From Candidatus Iainarchaeum sp. (GTDB taxonomy: Archaea > Iainarchaeota > Iainarchaeia > Iainarchaeales > JAZDDZ01): a stretch of DNA of 64,000 bases. Both the position numbers and the translations under genes were made by a program. Location of the stretch: positions 1 through 64,000 of the forward strand of contig JAZDDZ010000007.1 of assembly GCA_043809245.1 (NCBI GenBank), in the 5' to 3' direction. How positions within the stretch are numbered: the stretch's first letter is position 1; each line of letters opens with the position of its first letter. The notes under the pieces were generated by a model, which was not told where the DNA came from, did no database searches, and saw only the letters and a program-made list of their open reading frames with translations. Of the stretch, positions 49,137 through 58,831 are shown in pieces.

Positions 49137-50753
49137 TCAGCTGCTTGGAGTGAATTCGTAAATTAATGCGTTGCCTGAATTGAACCGTTCAACAAGGAAA
49201 GGGCATTGCTGCAGGGGGATTGAAACTGTTTCTCCGCCTAGCACCATTGCCTTTGGCTGCAGCAAAAAATTGGCGCCATAATCTTCTAAAAGCTTTTTCT
49301 TTGAATCGCATGAAGCGAAAAAAAGCTTTACGAATGCCTCGCTTAATTCAGGCGTGCACTGGAAGCGCGTTGGGGAAGTGCATAACGCTTTTCTGCCTGT
49401 GTAAATGGCCACTGGCTTTGCCAGAGCCGGCGGCAGGATAACAAAAACACTTTCCTTAGAAGTGTTCGAGGAAATCCATTCAAGCAGCGGAAGGCTTTGC
49501 CCGTCAATGGATTTGTAAAAGCTTGAGTCAAAGGAAAACGGGAGGAAAAACAGCAAAAAAATTGTGGCTGCAAAAAAAGCCGCGGGGAAAAATTTTTCCG
49601 GAGCGCCTTTCGCATCAGCGGAAATTTTTTTGAACAAAAGGCAAAAGCCCGCGCCGGAAAACGCAAGGCAGAAAAGCAGAAAGAAATTCAGCGCGCGCTC
49701 AAATGGAACCATGAGATTGAAGCCCAATGCAAACGGGAAGAAAAGGAAGAAAGCGAGCGAAAGGAAAACCGGGAGGAAAAATTTTTCATTTCCGGTTTTT
49801 TCTGAAAAAATTTTCTTCAGCAGGAAAATGAATGGAATTGCCACAACTGCAAGCGACAGGAGCAGCAGCGCGGGGTTGAATGGCTGCAGGGAAAAATTTT
49901 CAAAACTTGCGGGCGCGGACAAAAGGAAATTTTCAATGACCGCCGCGGGACCCCAGATGAATATCATGGGAAAGGAAGCCAAAAGTTTTTCCACGCCAAA
50001 GCCGCCGGAAAAAGAATAGTAAATGCTGAACAGGACCGTGGCAATTTCAATTGAAAGCAGGCCGGCGAAAAAGGCGGTTAACTTTTTTCTCAGCGTGGAA
50101 CGGGTGAAAACAAAAAACAGGAAAAATGAAAGCGCTGCGAAAATAAATGCGGGGGGATAGGCTGCCGCGGAAAAAAGCATGAGAATCAGAAAAATGGAAA
50201 GGTATTTTTTTGAGCTGAATGATTTTTCCATGAAAAAAAGCAGGGGAAAAAAAAGCGCCAAGCCAAGGGAAGATGGAACCATTAGCTGCATGCCGAGAAG
50301 CCATACGCTGGAGGGAAGGAACAGCGAGAAAATTGCCGCGGAGAATGCCGCGTTTTTTTCTGGAAAAAATTTTCGGAACAAAACAAACGCGGAAAGCGAG
50401 AGAATGAACAGAAGCAGTGCGGGAAGGAAAAAAATCAGCTGTTCTGCGGGAATTCCTGAAAAAATTGAAATGAATGAAATGAGTGAAGTGAAGCCGTTCT
50501 CCAGGCCCGGCTGTTCCGGGAGGATTGCGGAAAGGCTTTCAGGAATGTACGGGTCTTTGCCTGAAAGCACGCCTGAACTGATCGTGCCTTGCGCTGCGGC
50601 GATTGAATCGTATTCGTCTCCGTGAAGCGGGAACAAGTAGCCGAGCCTTGGAAGCGCTGCAATGAAAACAGATGCCAGCAGAAGCGCAAGCAAAATTAAT
50701 TTTGGGTTTAATGCCTTTTGCAAGCCAAGCATATGAAAGTGAAAGTGCTGCAT
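49137..50753 (-). CDS. Multi-pass membrane protein, probable GT-C/STT3-like glycosyltransferase
   Basis: TM1 followed by PLHGDEY acidic loop motif; many TMs; C-terminal LEWISSNT...TGR domain typical of archaeal GT-C proteins. Confidence 0.6.
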   Translation of the reverse strand: MQHFHFHMLGLQKALNPKLILLALLLASVFIAALPRLGYLFPLHGDEYDSIAAAQGTISSGVLSGKDPYIPESLSAILPEQPGLENGFTSLISFISIFSGIPAEQLIFFLPALLLFILSLSAFVLFRKFFPEKNAAFSAAIFSLFLPSSVWLLGMQLMVPSSLGLALFFPLLFFMEKSFSSKKYLSIFLILMLFSAAAYPPAFIFAALSFFLFFVFTRSTLRKKLTAFFAGLLSIEIATVLFSIYYSFSGGFGVEKLLASFPMIFIWGPAAVIENFLLSAPASFENFSLQPFNPALLLLSLAVVAIPFIFLLKKIFSEKTGNEKFFLPVFLSLAFFLFFPFALGFNLMVPFERALNFFLLFCLAFSGAGFCLLFKKISADAKGAPEKFFPAAFFAATIFLLFFLPFSFDSSFYKSIDGQSLPLLEWISSNTSKESVFVILPPALAKPVAIYTGRKALCTSPTRFQCTPELSEAFVKLFFASCDSKKKLLEDYGANFLLQPKAMVLGGETVSIPLQQCPFLVERFNSGNALIYEFTPSS

Positions 50754-50784
50754 TATGGTTAAAAGAATTCCTTAAACTGCGCTT

Positions 50785-51813
50785 TCAAAGCTCCAGGAAT
50801 TTCGCGGTTGTTTTCTCCCTGTATTCCGGAAAGTTAACCATGCACTGGCCGGTGCAGTAAGGGAATCTTTTGAAGTCTTTCTCTATTTTTTTGTGGATTT
50901 CTTTGATGTCTTCATTCCAGATGTTGCCGTAAGAGTAAGGCACCGGGGGGCAGGGGGTTACTTCGCCGTTTGGAAGGATGTTTACGTGAAGGTTTCCCAT
51001 TCCCCTGCATAAGCCTGATTCCTTTTTGAATTCCACGGCAAGCTTGTCTGAAGCATTGAACCTGTTTCTCAGTTCATTCCTTTCCTTTGGCGAAAGGTTT
51101 TTTTCAAATGAATTGAATAGCCTTCCTGAAAGGATTGGAAGGAAAACAAAAACCCTTTTAACGCCAAGCCTTTGCCCAAGGGATTCAAGCTTTTCCAGCT
51201 TGTTTTTTTCGCCTTTCATTGCAAAACTCCATATCTCGGTGTTCAAGCCGAGCGCAGCCGAGGACTTAATTCCTGAAACAGCCTTTTCAAACAAGCCGGG
51301 CATTCCCCTGTTTGAATCATGCTCTTTGCTTTCCGCGCTGTCAAGGGAAAAAATCATGAGGAAAATTCCCGCCTTTTTCAGGCTTTCAAGGGTTTCGGGG
51401 GAAACAGTTGAGCCGTTGGTTACTATTGCCGGAAGCAGGCCCAAAGATTTTGCGTATGAGACAAGTTCAAGGGCGTCAGGCCGTAAAAGGAATTCCCCGC
51501 TGCAGAACACGACAATGCATGCGTGAAGCCGCAGGATTTTTTGCATGGCTTCCTTTGCCTGTGCAGTTGCCATATAGTCCTGCATTTTTTCCCTTTCGGG
51601 GAAAAGCTCATAGCAGTGCATGCACTTCAGGTTGCATTGCCTTGAAGGGGAAAGGAACACTGAGAAAAGACGCTGCATTCCGAGGAATTTCGCGGCATTG
51701 AATTTCAGTACGCGCGTTTTTTGCCTTGAATCAAGGCCCTTTAAGAAAAGCGCCTGCAACGCGGTTATTGTGTCGCCTGGAAAGCTGTCTTCCTTGGAAT
51801 TGAAAAAGCCCAT
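50785..51813 (-). CDS. Radical SAM enzyme with SPASM/twitch-like C-terminal domain
   Basis: CNLKCMHC, GEFLLR, TNG, SLDS...HD..RG, C-terminal CRGMG...NGEVTPCP...GNI. Confidence 0.92.
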   Translation of the reverse strand: MGFFNSKEDSFPGDTITALQALFLKGLDSRQKTRVLKFNAAKFLGMQRLFSVFLSPSRQCNLKCMHCYELFPEREKMQDYMATAQAKEAMQKILRLHACIVVFCSGEFLLRPDALELVSYAKSLGLLPAIVTNGSTVSPETLESLKKAGIFLMIFSLDSAESKEHDSNRGMPGLFEKAVSGIKSSAALGLNTEIWSFAMKGEKNKLEKLESLGQRLGVKRVFVFLPILSGRLFNSFEKNLSPKERNELRNRFNASDKLAVEFKKESGLCRGMGNLHVNILPNGEVTPCPPVPYSYGNIWNEDIKEIHKKIEKDFKRFPYCTGQCMVNFPEYREKTTAKFLEL

Positions 51814-51883
51814 TTTCCTGCCTTAGATAGTTTTCTTTAAGAAATCAATTTAAATTATTGCAACCATAGTTCATCTTGGTTGG

Positions 51884-52648
51884 ATGGGGTTCAGGACTTT
51901 ATTGTACGAGGCCATTGGAAGCACTGGCTTGGTTTACTTCAACAGGCCTGAAAAGATGAATTCGTTCAACAGCCTTATGGTAAGGGAAACAAGGGAGCTT
52001 GCAGAAAAGCTGAAAGCGGATGAAAGCATAAGGTCTGTTGTAATCAGCGGAAAAGGCAGGGCTTTTTCAACAGGAATTGACCTAAAGGAAATGAGTGGAT
52101 TGGGCAGGAAAGATTTCGGCAAATTAGTCAAAAGCGCAACAACCGCGTTCCTTGATTTCATGGGAATGCACAAGCCCGTAATCGCGGCTGTGAATGGCTA
52201 TGCGTACGGTGGCGGCGCGGAAATAGCGATAAACTGCGATTACGTTATAGCGGCAAGCAATGCCTCGCTTTGTTTTCCGGAAATAAATTTTGGATACGTG
52301 CCTTTTCTGGGCTCAATCCACAAGCTGCATGAATTGGCAGGAAAGCAGAGGGCAAATGAACTGGTCATGCTTGGAAAAAAAATCAATGCGAAAAAAATGC
52401 GTGAAATGGGAATTGCAAACGAAGTTACAGGGAAAAAAAACCTAATCAGGCGCGCGCTTCAGGTCGCCCAGGAAATGAACAAAAAGCCTTTGGGGGCAAT
52501 GAGCGGCGTTAAAAGGCTTGTGAGAAAAAGGGAAAGGAAAAAAATTTCAGCTGCGATAGCGGAAGAGCAGATGCTTTTCTGGGAATGCTATGAAAGCAAT
52601 GAGTGGAAAAAGGAAGCGGAAAAATTTCTGGGAAGGGAAAAAAAATGA
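51884..52648 (+). CDS. Enoyl-CoA hydratase/isomerase (crotonase family)
   Basis: NRPEKMNSF, FSTGIDL, KPVIAAVNGYAYGGGAE, CD, PEINFG (both catalytic Glu present). Confidence 0.92.
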   Translation: MGFRTLLYEAIGSTGLVYFNRPEKMNSFNSLMVRETRELAEKLKADESIRSVVISGKGRAFSTGIDLKEMSGLGRKDFGKLVKSATTAFLDFMGMHKPVIAAVNGYAYGGGAEIAINCDYVIAASNASLCFPEINFGYVPFLGSIHKLHELAGKQRANELVMLGKKINAKKMREMGIANEVTGKKNLIRRALQVAQEMNKKPLGAMSGVKRLVRKRERKKISAAIAEEQMLFWECYESNEWKKEAEKFLGREKK

Positions 52649-53625
52649 AGGCAGCGGGAATTTCCGGAACAGGCTCTTATCTCCCGGAAAGAATTGTTTC
52701 AAACAAGGAGCTTGAAAAATCGCTTGACACAAGCGATGAATGGATTTGGAAGCACATAGGCATAAGGGAAAGGAGGTTCGCGGAAAAAAACCAGCCGACA
52801 TCGCATCTCTCGCTTAAGGCCGCTGAAAAGGCATTGAAGGCAGCGGGAACAAGCGCGGAAGAGCTTGACCTGATAATAGTTGCAACCGCATCCCCGGACA
52901 TGCCCACGCCGAGCACTGCATGCATTCTGCAGGACAAGCTCAAGGCAAACAAGGCAGGGGCATTTGACTTGAACAATGCATGCACTGGATTTGTTTACGG
53001 ATTGGCTGCTGGAGCCAAATTCATTGCGGATGAAAGCTGCAAAAAAGTTTTATTGGTGGGAGCGGAAACACCGCACGCGTTCATGGACCCAAAGGACCGC
53101 GGAACATATGTTTTTTTCGGTGACGGCGCAGGAGCGGTTGTGTTAAGCGAAACAGAGAAAGGAAGGGGCGTGCTTGGAAGCTATCTGAGAAGCGACGGCT
53201 CAGGCGCAATGGATTTGGGCGTGCCCGGGGGAGGCACAATGATGCCGCCGTCAATTGAAACAATCAAGAACAGGCAGCACTTCATTAAAATGAACGCGCA
53301 AAAAATAAAGGAATTTGTAATAAAAGCGTTTCCGGATTCAGTGCACGGAACCCTGCGCAATGCGGGTTTAAAGCTGGAGGACGTGGACATGATTATTCCG
53401 CACCAGGCGAACGCGCGGCTCATAGAATACGGAATGAAAGCATTGGGATTGCCAATGGAGAAAGCCTTCATTAACATGCACAAGTACGGCAACACAATTG
53501 GAGCTTCAATTCCCATTGCATTGGATGAAGCCGTTCACGAAGGAAAGATAAGCAAGGGGGACCTTGTTTTGCTTGTGGGATTCGGAGGAGGCTTAAGCTG
53601 GGGCGGAGTAGCATTAAGGTGGTAG
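52645..53625 (+). CDS. fabH: 3-oxoacyl-ACP synthase III (KAS III)
   Basis: GTGSYLP, DTSDEWI, NACTGF (Cys), FGDGAGA, PHQAN (His), GNT (Asn), GFGGGLSWG; ATGA overlap with the crotonase. Confidence 0.93.
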   Translation: MKAAGISGTGSYLPERIVSNKELEKSLDTSDEWIWKHIGIRERRFAEKNQPTSHLSLKAAEKALKAAGTSAEELDLIIVATASPDMPTPSTACILQDKLKANKAGAFDLNNACTGFVYGLAAGAKFIADESCKKVLLVGAETPHAFMDPKDRGTYVFFGDGAGAVVLSETEKGRGVLGSYLRSDGSGAMDLGVPGGGTMMPPSIETIKNRQHFIKMNAQKIKEFVIKAFPDSVHGTLRNAGLKLEDVDMIIPHQANARLIEYGMKALGLPMEKAFINMHKYGNTIGASIPIALDEAVHEGKISKGDLVLLVGFGGGLSWGGVALRW

Positions 53626-53626
53626 G

Positions 53627-54370
53627 ATGAATGAATTCTCTGGAAAGGTTGCAATAGTCACAGGAGCTTCTGGCGGAATAGGGAAAGCGATTGCCGTGGC
53701 TTTAGGGGAACAAAAGGCAAAAGTAGTGGTGAATTACAACGGCAATGCATTGGGGGCAAATGAAACAAAGGCGGAAATAGAAAAGCTTGGGGGAAAGGCA
53801 ATTGCGGTTAAAGCTGATGTAAGCAAGCCGGCTGAAGTTGAAAAAATGGTTGAAGCCGCGGTAAAGGAATTCGGCGGCATTGATTTTTTGGTGAACAATG
53901 CGGGAATCACCGCGGATGCAACTCTGAAAAACATGCGCGCGGAGCAATGGAACAGGGTAATGGAAACAAACTTGAACGGCACATTTAACTGCACCAAGGC
54001 AGTGCTTCCGTTAATGCTGGGAAAAGGAAAGGGAAGCATTGTAAACATTTCATCAATAAGCGGCAGCAGGGGAAGCTTCGGGCAATGCAATTATTCCGCG
54101 GCAAAGGCCGCGGTCATTGGCTTCACGAAATCGGTTTCAAGGGAAACCGCGGGAAAAGGCGTTAGGGTCAACGCCATATGCCCCGGCTATGTCAAGACAA
54201 AAATGACTGAATCGGTTCCAAAAGAATTGATTGAAAAATTTGTGGAAATGATTCCAATGAAAAGGCCAGGAACAACCGGGGAAATCGCGGAAGCAGTTCT
54301 ATTTTTTCTTTCAGAAAAATCAAGCTACATCAGCGGGCAGGCGCTGAATGTCGACGGCGGATTCATGTAA
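53627..54370 (+). CDS. fabG: 3-oxoacyl-(ACP/CoA) reductase, FabG/PhaB-like SDR
   Basis: VTGASGGIG, NNAGITAD, NISS, GQCNYSAAK, VNAICPGY, GQALNVDGG. Confidence 0.88.
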   Translation: MNEFSGKVAIVTGASGGIGKAIAVALGEQKAKVVVNYNGNALGANETKAEIEKLGGKAIAVKADVSKPAEVEKMVEAAVKEFGGIDFLVNNAGITADATLKNMRAEQWNRVMETNLNGTFNCTKAVLPLMLGKGKGSIVNISSISGSRGSFGQCNYSAAKAAVIGFTKSVSRETAGKGVRVNAICPGYVKTKMTESVPKELIEKFVEMIPMKRPGTTGEIAEAVLFFLSEKSSYISGQALNVDGGFM

Positions 54371-54382
54371 AGGTGCAATGAA

Positions 54383-54994
54383 ATGCCAAAGGTCGTTGGA
54401 ATAAACGGAAGCGCAAACAAAAAAGGCAACACTTTTTTCCTGTTGAATGAATGCATTGAGTCGGCAAAGGAAAACGGCATGGAAACAGAACTGCTTCAGC
54501 TAGCTGAATTCAATGTAAAGCCATGCGACCACTGCCTTGAATGCGTTAAGGGAAAAAAATGCCCAATAAAAGACGATTTTGCAAAAATTGAAAAAAAAAT
54601 GATTGAAGCTGATGCGATAATTTTTGCAACGCCTGTTTACTCCGCGGGAATCTCACAGGCAATGAAGAATATAATGGAGAGAAGCTATCCCTTAAGGCTC
54701 GGGGGGCTAAAGCTTAAGGACAAATTCGCTTCATTCATATGCATGGGCGGCCTTGTGCATGGCTTCCAGGAGCTGGCGGCACTTGAACTCAATGCGTTCG
54801 CGCTATACCATGGAATGCTTGTATTCGGAAACGCTGCATTCGAAGACCCCTTGAAGCCTTATTCAATGGGGCCTTTTGTAATCGGCTCACAGCAAAGGGA
54901 CGACGGCCTGATGCATTTCGTGAAAAAAGACAATTATGCGGTTGAAGGCGCGAAAGCGCTTGGAAAAAGGGCCGCGGAGCTTTTGAAAAAATAA
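54383..54994 (+). CDS. Iron-sulfur flavoprotein / multimeric flavodoxin
   Basis: GINGS...GNT, CDHCLECVKGKKCPIKDD (CX2CX2CX5C), ADAIIFATPVY. Confidence 0.88.
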   Translation: MPKVVGINGSANKKGNTFFLLNECIESAKENGMETELLQLAEFNVKPCDHCLECVKGKKCPIKDDFAKIEKKMIEADAIIFATPVYSAGISQAMKNIMERSYPLRLGGLKLKDKFASFICMGGLVHGFQELAALELNAFALYHGMLVFGNAAFEDPLKPYSMGPFVIGSQQRDDGLMHFVKKDNYAVEGAKALGKRAAELLKK

Positions 54995-55414
54995 TCAGCC
55001 GATGAACTTGTCGGTTGAAGTTTCCACAAGAACAGTTTCCCCAAACTGGTTCCTGAATTCTGTTGAAAAAACAGCAATCCTTTTTTTCCCTATCTTTTCA
55101 ATGCACTCAATTGTCGCGGTGATTGTGTCGCCTGCCTTAACCGGCTTTAAGAACCTGACCTTTTGCTTCATGTAAACATAGCCTGAACCGGGGAGCTTTG
55201 AGGAAGCAAGGTCGCTTAACAATGCAATTAGAAGAGCTCCGGGCACAATCGTTTCCCGGAAAATTGTTTTTTTGGCAAAAGCCAAGTCATTATGGATCGG
55301 GTTGCTGTCGCCTAGAAGGCGGTTTGATTCACGCACATCCTTTTCAGTGAAAGTGCGGGTGGTTGAAGCGGTTTGCCCTATCTTGAGCTCATCAAAAGGA
55401 ATTTCCGCATTCAT
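54995..55414 (-). CDS. MaoC/PhaJ-type (R)-specific enoyl hydratase (hotdog fold)
   Basis: GDSNPIHND..FAKKTIF...IVPG, LPG.G.VY, FLKPVKAGDTI. Confidence 0.9.
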   Translation of the reverse strand: MNAEIPFDELKIGQTASTTRTFTEKDVRESNRLLGDSNPIHNDLAFAKKTIFRETIVPGALLIALLSDLASSKLPGSGYVYMKQKVRFLKPVKAGDTITATIECIEKIGKKRIAVFSTEFRNQFGETVLVETSTDKFIG

Positions 55415-55858
55415 TCATTTCACCATCAGATCGCTTAACAGCTTTTCAGTGGAAGAAATCGAAACCAGCAGTTCGCCCCTGCTATTTCTTATCTCTGTTT
55501 TGTCACTGAAGCGCCTTTTTTCAAGGTCAACTGAAACAATTTCACGGGTGATTAACAGCTCATCATCAATCCTTGCGGGTTTCAAAAAATTCGCCTCATA
55601 GCTTAAGGCAACTGAGTTTACGCCGTTAAGCGGATACGCGCTTGCCGCAATGCCAAGCAAATGCATTCCGTGAAGGATTCTTGAGCGAAAAATTGTTTTG
55701 GAGCAATAAGCTTCATCCAAATGCAGCCTGTTGAAATCACGGCTTAATTCCGCGTAACGCCTTACCCCGCTTTCGCTGACCTTTTTCTTCAGGGAAAATT
55801 TTTGGCGGGGCTTCAGCTGCTCAAGCGACAGAATATGCGAAGTGCTTTCTCCAGCCAT
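55415..55858 (-). CDS. MaoC/PhaJ-type (R)-specific enoyl hydratase (hotdog fold)
   Basis: SRDFNRLHLDEAY...IF..RILHGM, FLKPARIDDEL; start placed at ATG 55858. Confidence 0.88.
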   Translation of the reverse strand: MAGESTSHILSLEQLKPRQKFSLKKKVSESGVRRYAELSRDFNRLHLDEAYCSKTIFRSRILHGMHLLGIAASAYPLNGVNSVALSYEANFLKPARIDDELLITREIVSVDLEKRRFSDKTEIRNSRGELLVSISSTEKLLSDLMVK

Positions 55859-55911
55859 AATTAAACTTGCGCCCAAAAATTCTTTTAATAAGAATGCACG
55901 AATCTCAGCTT

Positions 55912-56949
55912 ATGGGAAGCCTGAAAGAAGGTTACAGTTATTGCCGCTACGAAAAAGGAGACGGGAAAGGAATAAACCGGCTAATAAATGAAGCGTTTAA
56001 AGGGAAAAGGGAGAAGGGCTACTTTGAATGGCAGTATTTGGAAAATCCAGCGGGAAAGCCTGAGATAAGGCTGTTGAAGGAAAGCCACAACGAAACAGTA
56101 GGGCACGCCGCGGCAATTCCCCTGGCATTCAGTTTTTTCGGTGAAAGGAAAAAATTTTTACAGGGAATGGACGGCGCGCTTGCAGCCAATGCGAGGGGAA
56201 AAGGGCAATCAAGGCCTTTCTTTGAAAAATTCATGGAAGAGGTTTCAGGCAAAACCGAAGTCTACTTTCTTTTTCCCAACAAGGCACACTTTGAGAGGAT
56301 AAAAAATCAGCAGGGCTTCAGGCACAAGCCGCTTTATAGGCTGGTTAAGCCATTGGATTCAACCGCAATTTTGGGAAAAATTTCCAGAAACAAAAGTTTC
56401 ACCAGGCTTATGAAGCCTTTGGGGGATGTGCTGTTTAAAGTTTTTTTTCCGCTGAAAAAAGCAGCGCTTGAAGAAGGCGAGGAAATAAAAAAAATTGAAA
56501 AATTTGATGAACGGGCTGATGTGCTGTGGGAAAAAACCAAAAGCGGGAAAAAAATAATTGCTGAAAGGAAAAAGGATTTTCTCAACTGGAGGTATTTCGG
56601 CGGAGTGAAGAAATACGAAGCGTTTTCTTTGGAAAATGCGGGCGCAATGGAAGGGTACATTGTTTTCGCACAGGACGGAAAAACAGGGAACTTTGCTGAC
56701 CTCGCTGCAACAGGCAAAAAAGCAGGGGAAAAACTTCTCTCGCATGCGCTTGAATATCTCGCGGGAAAAGGGTGTGAAGCGGCTTTCTTTTACACGCTTG
56801 ACGATGCGCTAAAGGAAAGACTGAAGAAAGCAAGTTTCATTGAAACAAAAACAGACGCCTATTTTTCTTTCATTAAAACAGGCGGAATTGAAAGGGAAAT
56901 AAGCGCAGATGACTGGTTCATTAACCTCGGGGACAGCAACCAGGTTTAA
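55912..56949 (+). CDS. Tandem GNAT-family N-acyltransferase
   Basis: FEWQYLENPAG, VGH, ARGKG CoA-binding motif, FPN, FLNWRY, EGYIV, W....GD; start placed at ATG 55912. Confidence 0.78.
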   Translation: MGSLKEGYSYCRYEKGDGKGINRLINEAFKGKREKGYFEWQYLENPAGKPEIRLLKESHNETVGHAAAIPLAFSFFGERKKFLQGMDGALAANARGKGQSRPFFEKFMEEVSGKTEVYFLFPNKAHFERIKNQQGFRHKPLYRLVKPLDSTAILGKISRNKSFTRLMKPLGDVLFKVFFPLKKAALEEGEEIKKIEKFDERADVLWEKTKSGKKIIAERKKDFLNWRYFGGVKKYEAFSLENAGAMEGYIVFAQDGKTGNFADLAATGKKAGEKLLSHALEYLAGKGCEAAFFYTLDDALKERLKKASFIETKTDAYFSFIKTGGIEREISADDWFINLGDSNQV

Positions 56950-56958
56950 GGTGAAAAA

Positions 56959-57774
56959 ATGTGCGCAAAAATCATTGACACTATGGCTTCCTGGATTTAC
57001 TCCAAGCCATTGCTGAGAAAAAAATGGTACGGTTATCTTTCAAGGCTTGACCGTGAAGGGCAGGTTACCTTCATGAACCTAGGCTATGCAGGCATCGGCG
57101 CGGAAAAAGGAATGCCCGTGGAAAAAAAAGGAGAACATGAAAGCTACGGAGAGCTGCTGTACAATCGCGTTGCAGGCAACGCAAAACTTTGTGGGCTTGA
57201 TGTTTTGGAGATTGGCTGCGGAAGGGGCGGAGGCGCAGCATACACAATGAAAAAATTCATGCCAAAAAAAATGGTTGCAGCAGACCTTTGCAAAGAGGCA
57301 ATTGATTTCTGCAAAAAAAATTATGAAATTAAAGGGCTTTCATTTGAAAGGGAGGACGCGCAGAAATTAAGCTTTGCAAACAGCTCTTTTGATTCGGTTC
57401 TAAGCGTTGAATCATCGCACGGCTATGCGTCAATGGAAAAATTTCTCAGGGAAGTTAACAGGGTGCTGAAGCAAGATGGGTGCTTTTTGTTCGCTGATTT
57501 CAGGGGAAAAAATGAATTGAAAAAACTGCACGCGCAAATGGAGCGCGCGGGATTTGAATTTGAAAAACAGGAAATGATAACAGAGAATGTAGCCAAAGCG
57601 ATTGAACTTGACAGCGAAAGGAAACAGGCGCTGATTGAAAGGCTTGTGCCAAAGCGGCTGAGAAAGCCTTTCGTGCTGTTTGCGGGAATAAAGGGCACGC
57701 CAATGCATGAAGCACTGGTTAAAGGCGAAATTGAATACGTGAGCGCAGTTCTGCGGAAAACAGAAGCGCCCTGA
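56959..57774 (+). CDS. Class I SAM methyltransferase, resembling mycobacterial lipid O-methyltransferases (Rv2952-like)
   Basis: FMNLGY, LY, VLEIGCGRGGGA, DAQKL.F...SFD.V.SVESSHGY, FADFR. Confidence 0.75.
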   Translation: MCAKIIDTMASWIYSKPLLRKKWYGYLSRLDREGQVTFMNLGYAGIGAEKGMPVEKKGEHESYGELLYNRVAGNAKLCGLDVLEIGCGRGGGAAYTMKKFMPKKMVAADLCKEAIDFCKKNYEIKGLSFEREDAQKLSFANSSFDSVLSVESSHGYASMEKFLREVNRVLKQDGCFLFADFRGKNELKKLHAQMERAGFEFEKQEMITENVAKAIELDSERKQALIERLVPKRLRKPFVLFAGIKGTPMHEALVKGEIEYVSAVLRKTEAP

Positions 57775-58828
57775 GAAAAAAATCCTTCAAACCGCTGCCT
57801 GAAAAAAGCATTGTTTTCCTCTGCGTTGTTTTTGCGCCCCGCAGTTTTTTTGTTTCAATGTCTGATGAAAGCAAATTTAGTTTGCTAAAGCCGTTGTCGA
57901 ACGCAAAGCGAAGCGGCGCATAATAGCTTGTCTCGAAAAAAGCGAAGTTTCCGCCAGGCAAAGCCCCGGAGCCGCTTGAAAAAAAGGTGAGCTCCCTGTT
58001 CCCTGCGAAATAAAGCGAAAAACACAAAATCGAGCCGTTTTTTTCAGCCAAAAAGAAACGCGCTTTTTCCCCCATGTTTCCCTGTATTGAACGGAAAAAT
58101 GATTCAGTGAAGGGGCTTTTGCAGCCGTTGTGCTTAAAGAATGTGTTGTCCGCGAGTGATGAAAGCAGGCCGCTGCCCTCGAAGGAAATGGAAGAAAAGA
58201 ACCTTGTTCCAGAGGCCTTGTTTGCATTCATCTCCTTTATTACTTTCTGCCTGCGATTTTTAGAAAGGCTTGAAAGAAACGCATCAAAAGAAGCCGCACT
58301 GCAGTCTATCTCAGCGCAGTCAAATGCTCCCTTTGAATAAAAGCCGTTATTTGAAAGCAGGGATTCAAGCAGAGCGCCTTTACCTGAAACATAAGGCGCT
58401 GCAATGAACTGGTTTTTTTTGCGTGCCTTTTCCTTAATTGCTTCAAGCGCAAGGGAAAAAAGTTTTTCACGGTCTGCCGAAAATGCCGAGTTGACCAAGA
58501 ATCGCGATTCAAGGCAGTAAGGGGAAAAAACGCTTAAGTAAGAGTTGTCTTTGAATCCGAGAAAGCGGAAAAAAGGGGAAAGGGTTCCGAGTGTTTTTGA
58601 AAAGGGAATGAATTCCGCGCCATGCATTTCATAGCAGGGAAGGAACGCGGCAAGGGTTTTGCCTGAGAAAACCGCGGCATGCATTGGCTTGGCTGGAAGG
58701 CACGCCGCTTCCTCTATTGCCTTGAACCATTCAAATGAAAAAAAAAGGGAATCGCTTAAAGGGTTAAGCTCTTTACTTTCCAGTTCGCTTATTGAAGCCA
58801 AAAGCCTTACTGAAAAATTTTTTTCCAT
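57719..58828 (-). CDS. FemAB-like/GNAT fold acyl- or aminoacyl-transferase
   Basis: FF..EWF..IE, SFDAFLSSLSKNRRQKVIKE, F..FF, YYAPL..A, KKLRGA. Confidence 0.7.
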   Translation of the reverse strand: MEKNFSVRLLASISELESKELNPLSDSLFFSFEWFKAIEEAACLPAKPMHAAVFSGKTLAAFLPCYEMHGAEFIPFSKTLGTLSPFFRFLGFKDNSYLSVFSPYCLESRFLVNSAFSADREKLFSLALEAIKEKARKKNQFIAAPYVSGKGALLESLLSNNGFYSKGAFDCAEIDCSAASFDAFLSSLSKNRRQKVIKEMNANKASGTRFFSSISFEGSGLLSSLADNTFFKHNGCKSPFTESFFRSIQGNMGEKARFFLAEKNGSILCFSLYFAGNRELTFFSSGSGALPGGNFAFFETSYYAPLRFAFDNGFSKLNLLSSDIETKKLRGAKTTQRKTMLFSGSGLKDFFLRALLFSAELRSRIQFRL

Positions 58829-58831
58829 AAA

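Noticed and set aside
53627-55858. Polyhydroxyalkanoate pathway (PhaB plus PhaJ)
   Set aside because: No PHA synthase, thiolase or phasin in the window, and the context is glycosylation; not excluded genome-wide
51884-55858. Complete membrane fatty-acid synthase (FAS II)
   Set aside because: No ACP, FabD, FabF/B, FabI/K or Pls genes in the window; cannot be asserted because the cluster continues past the edge
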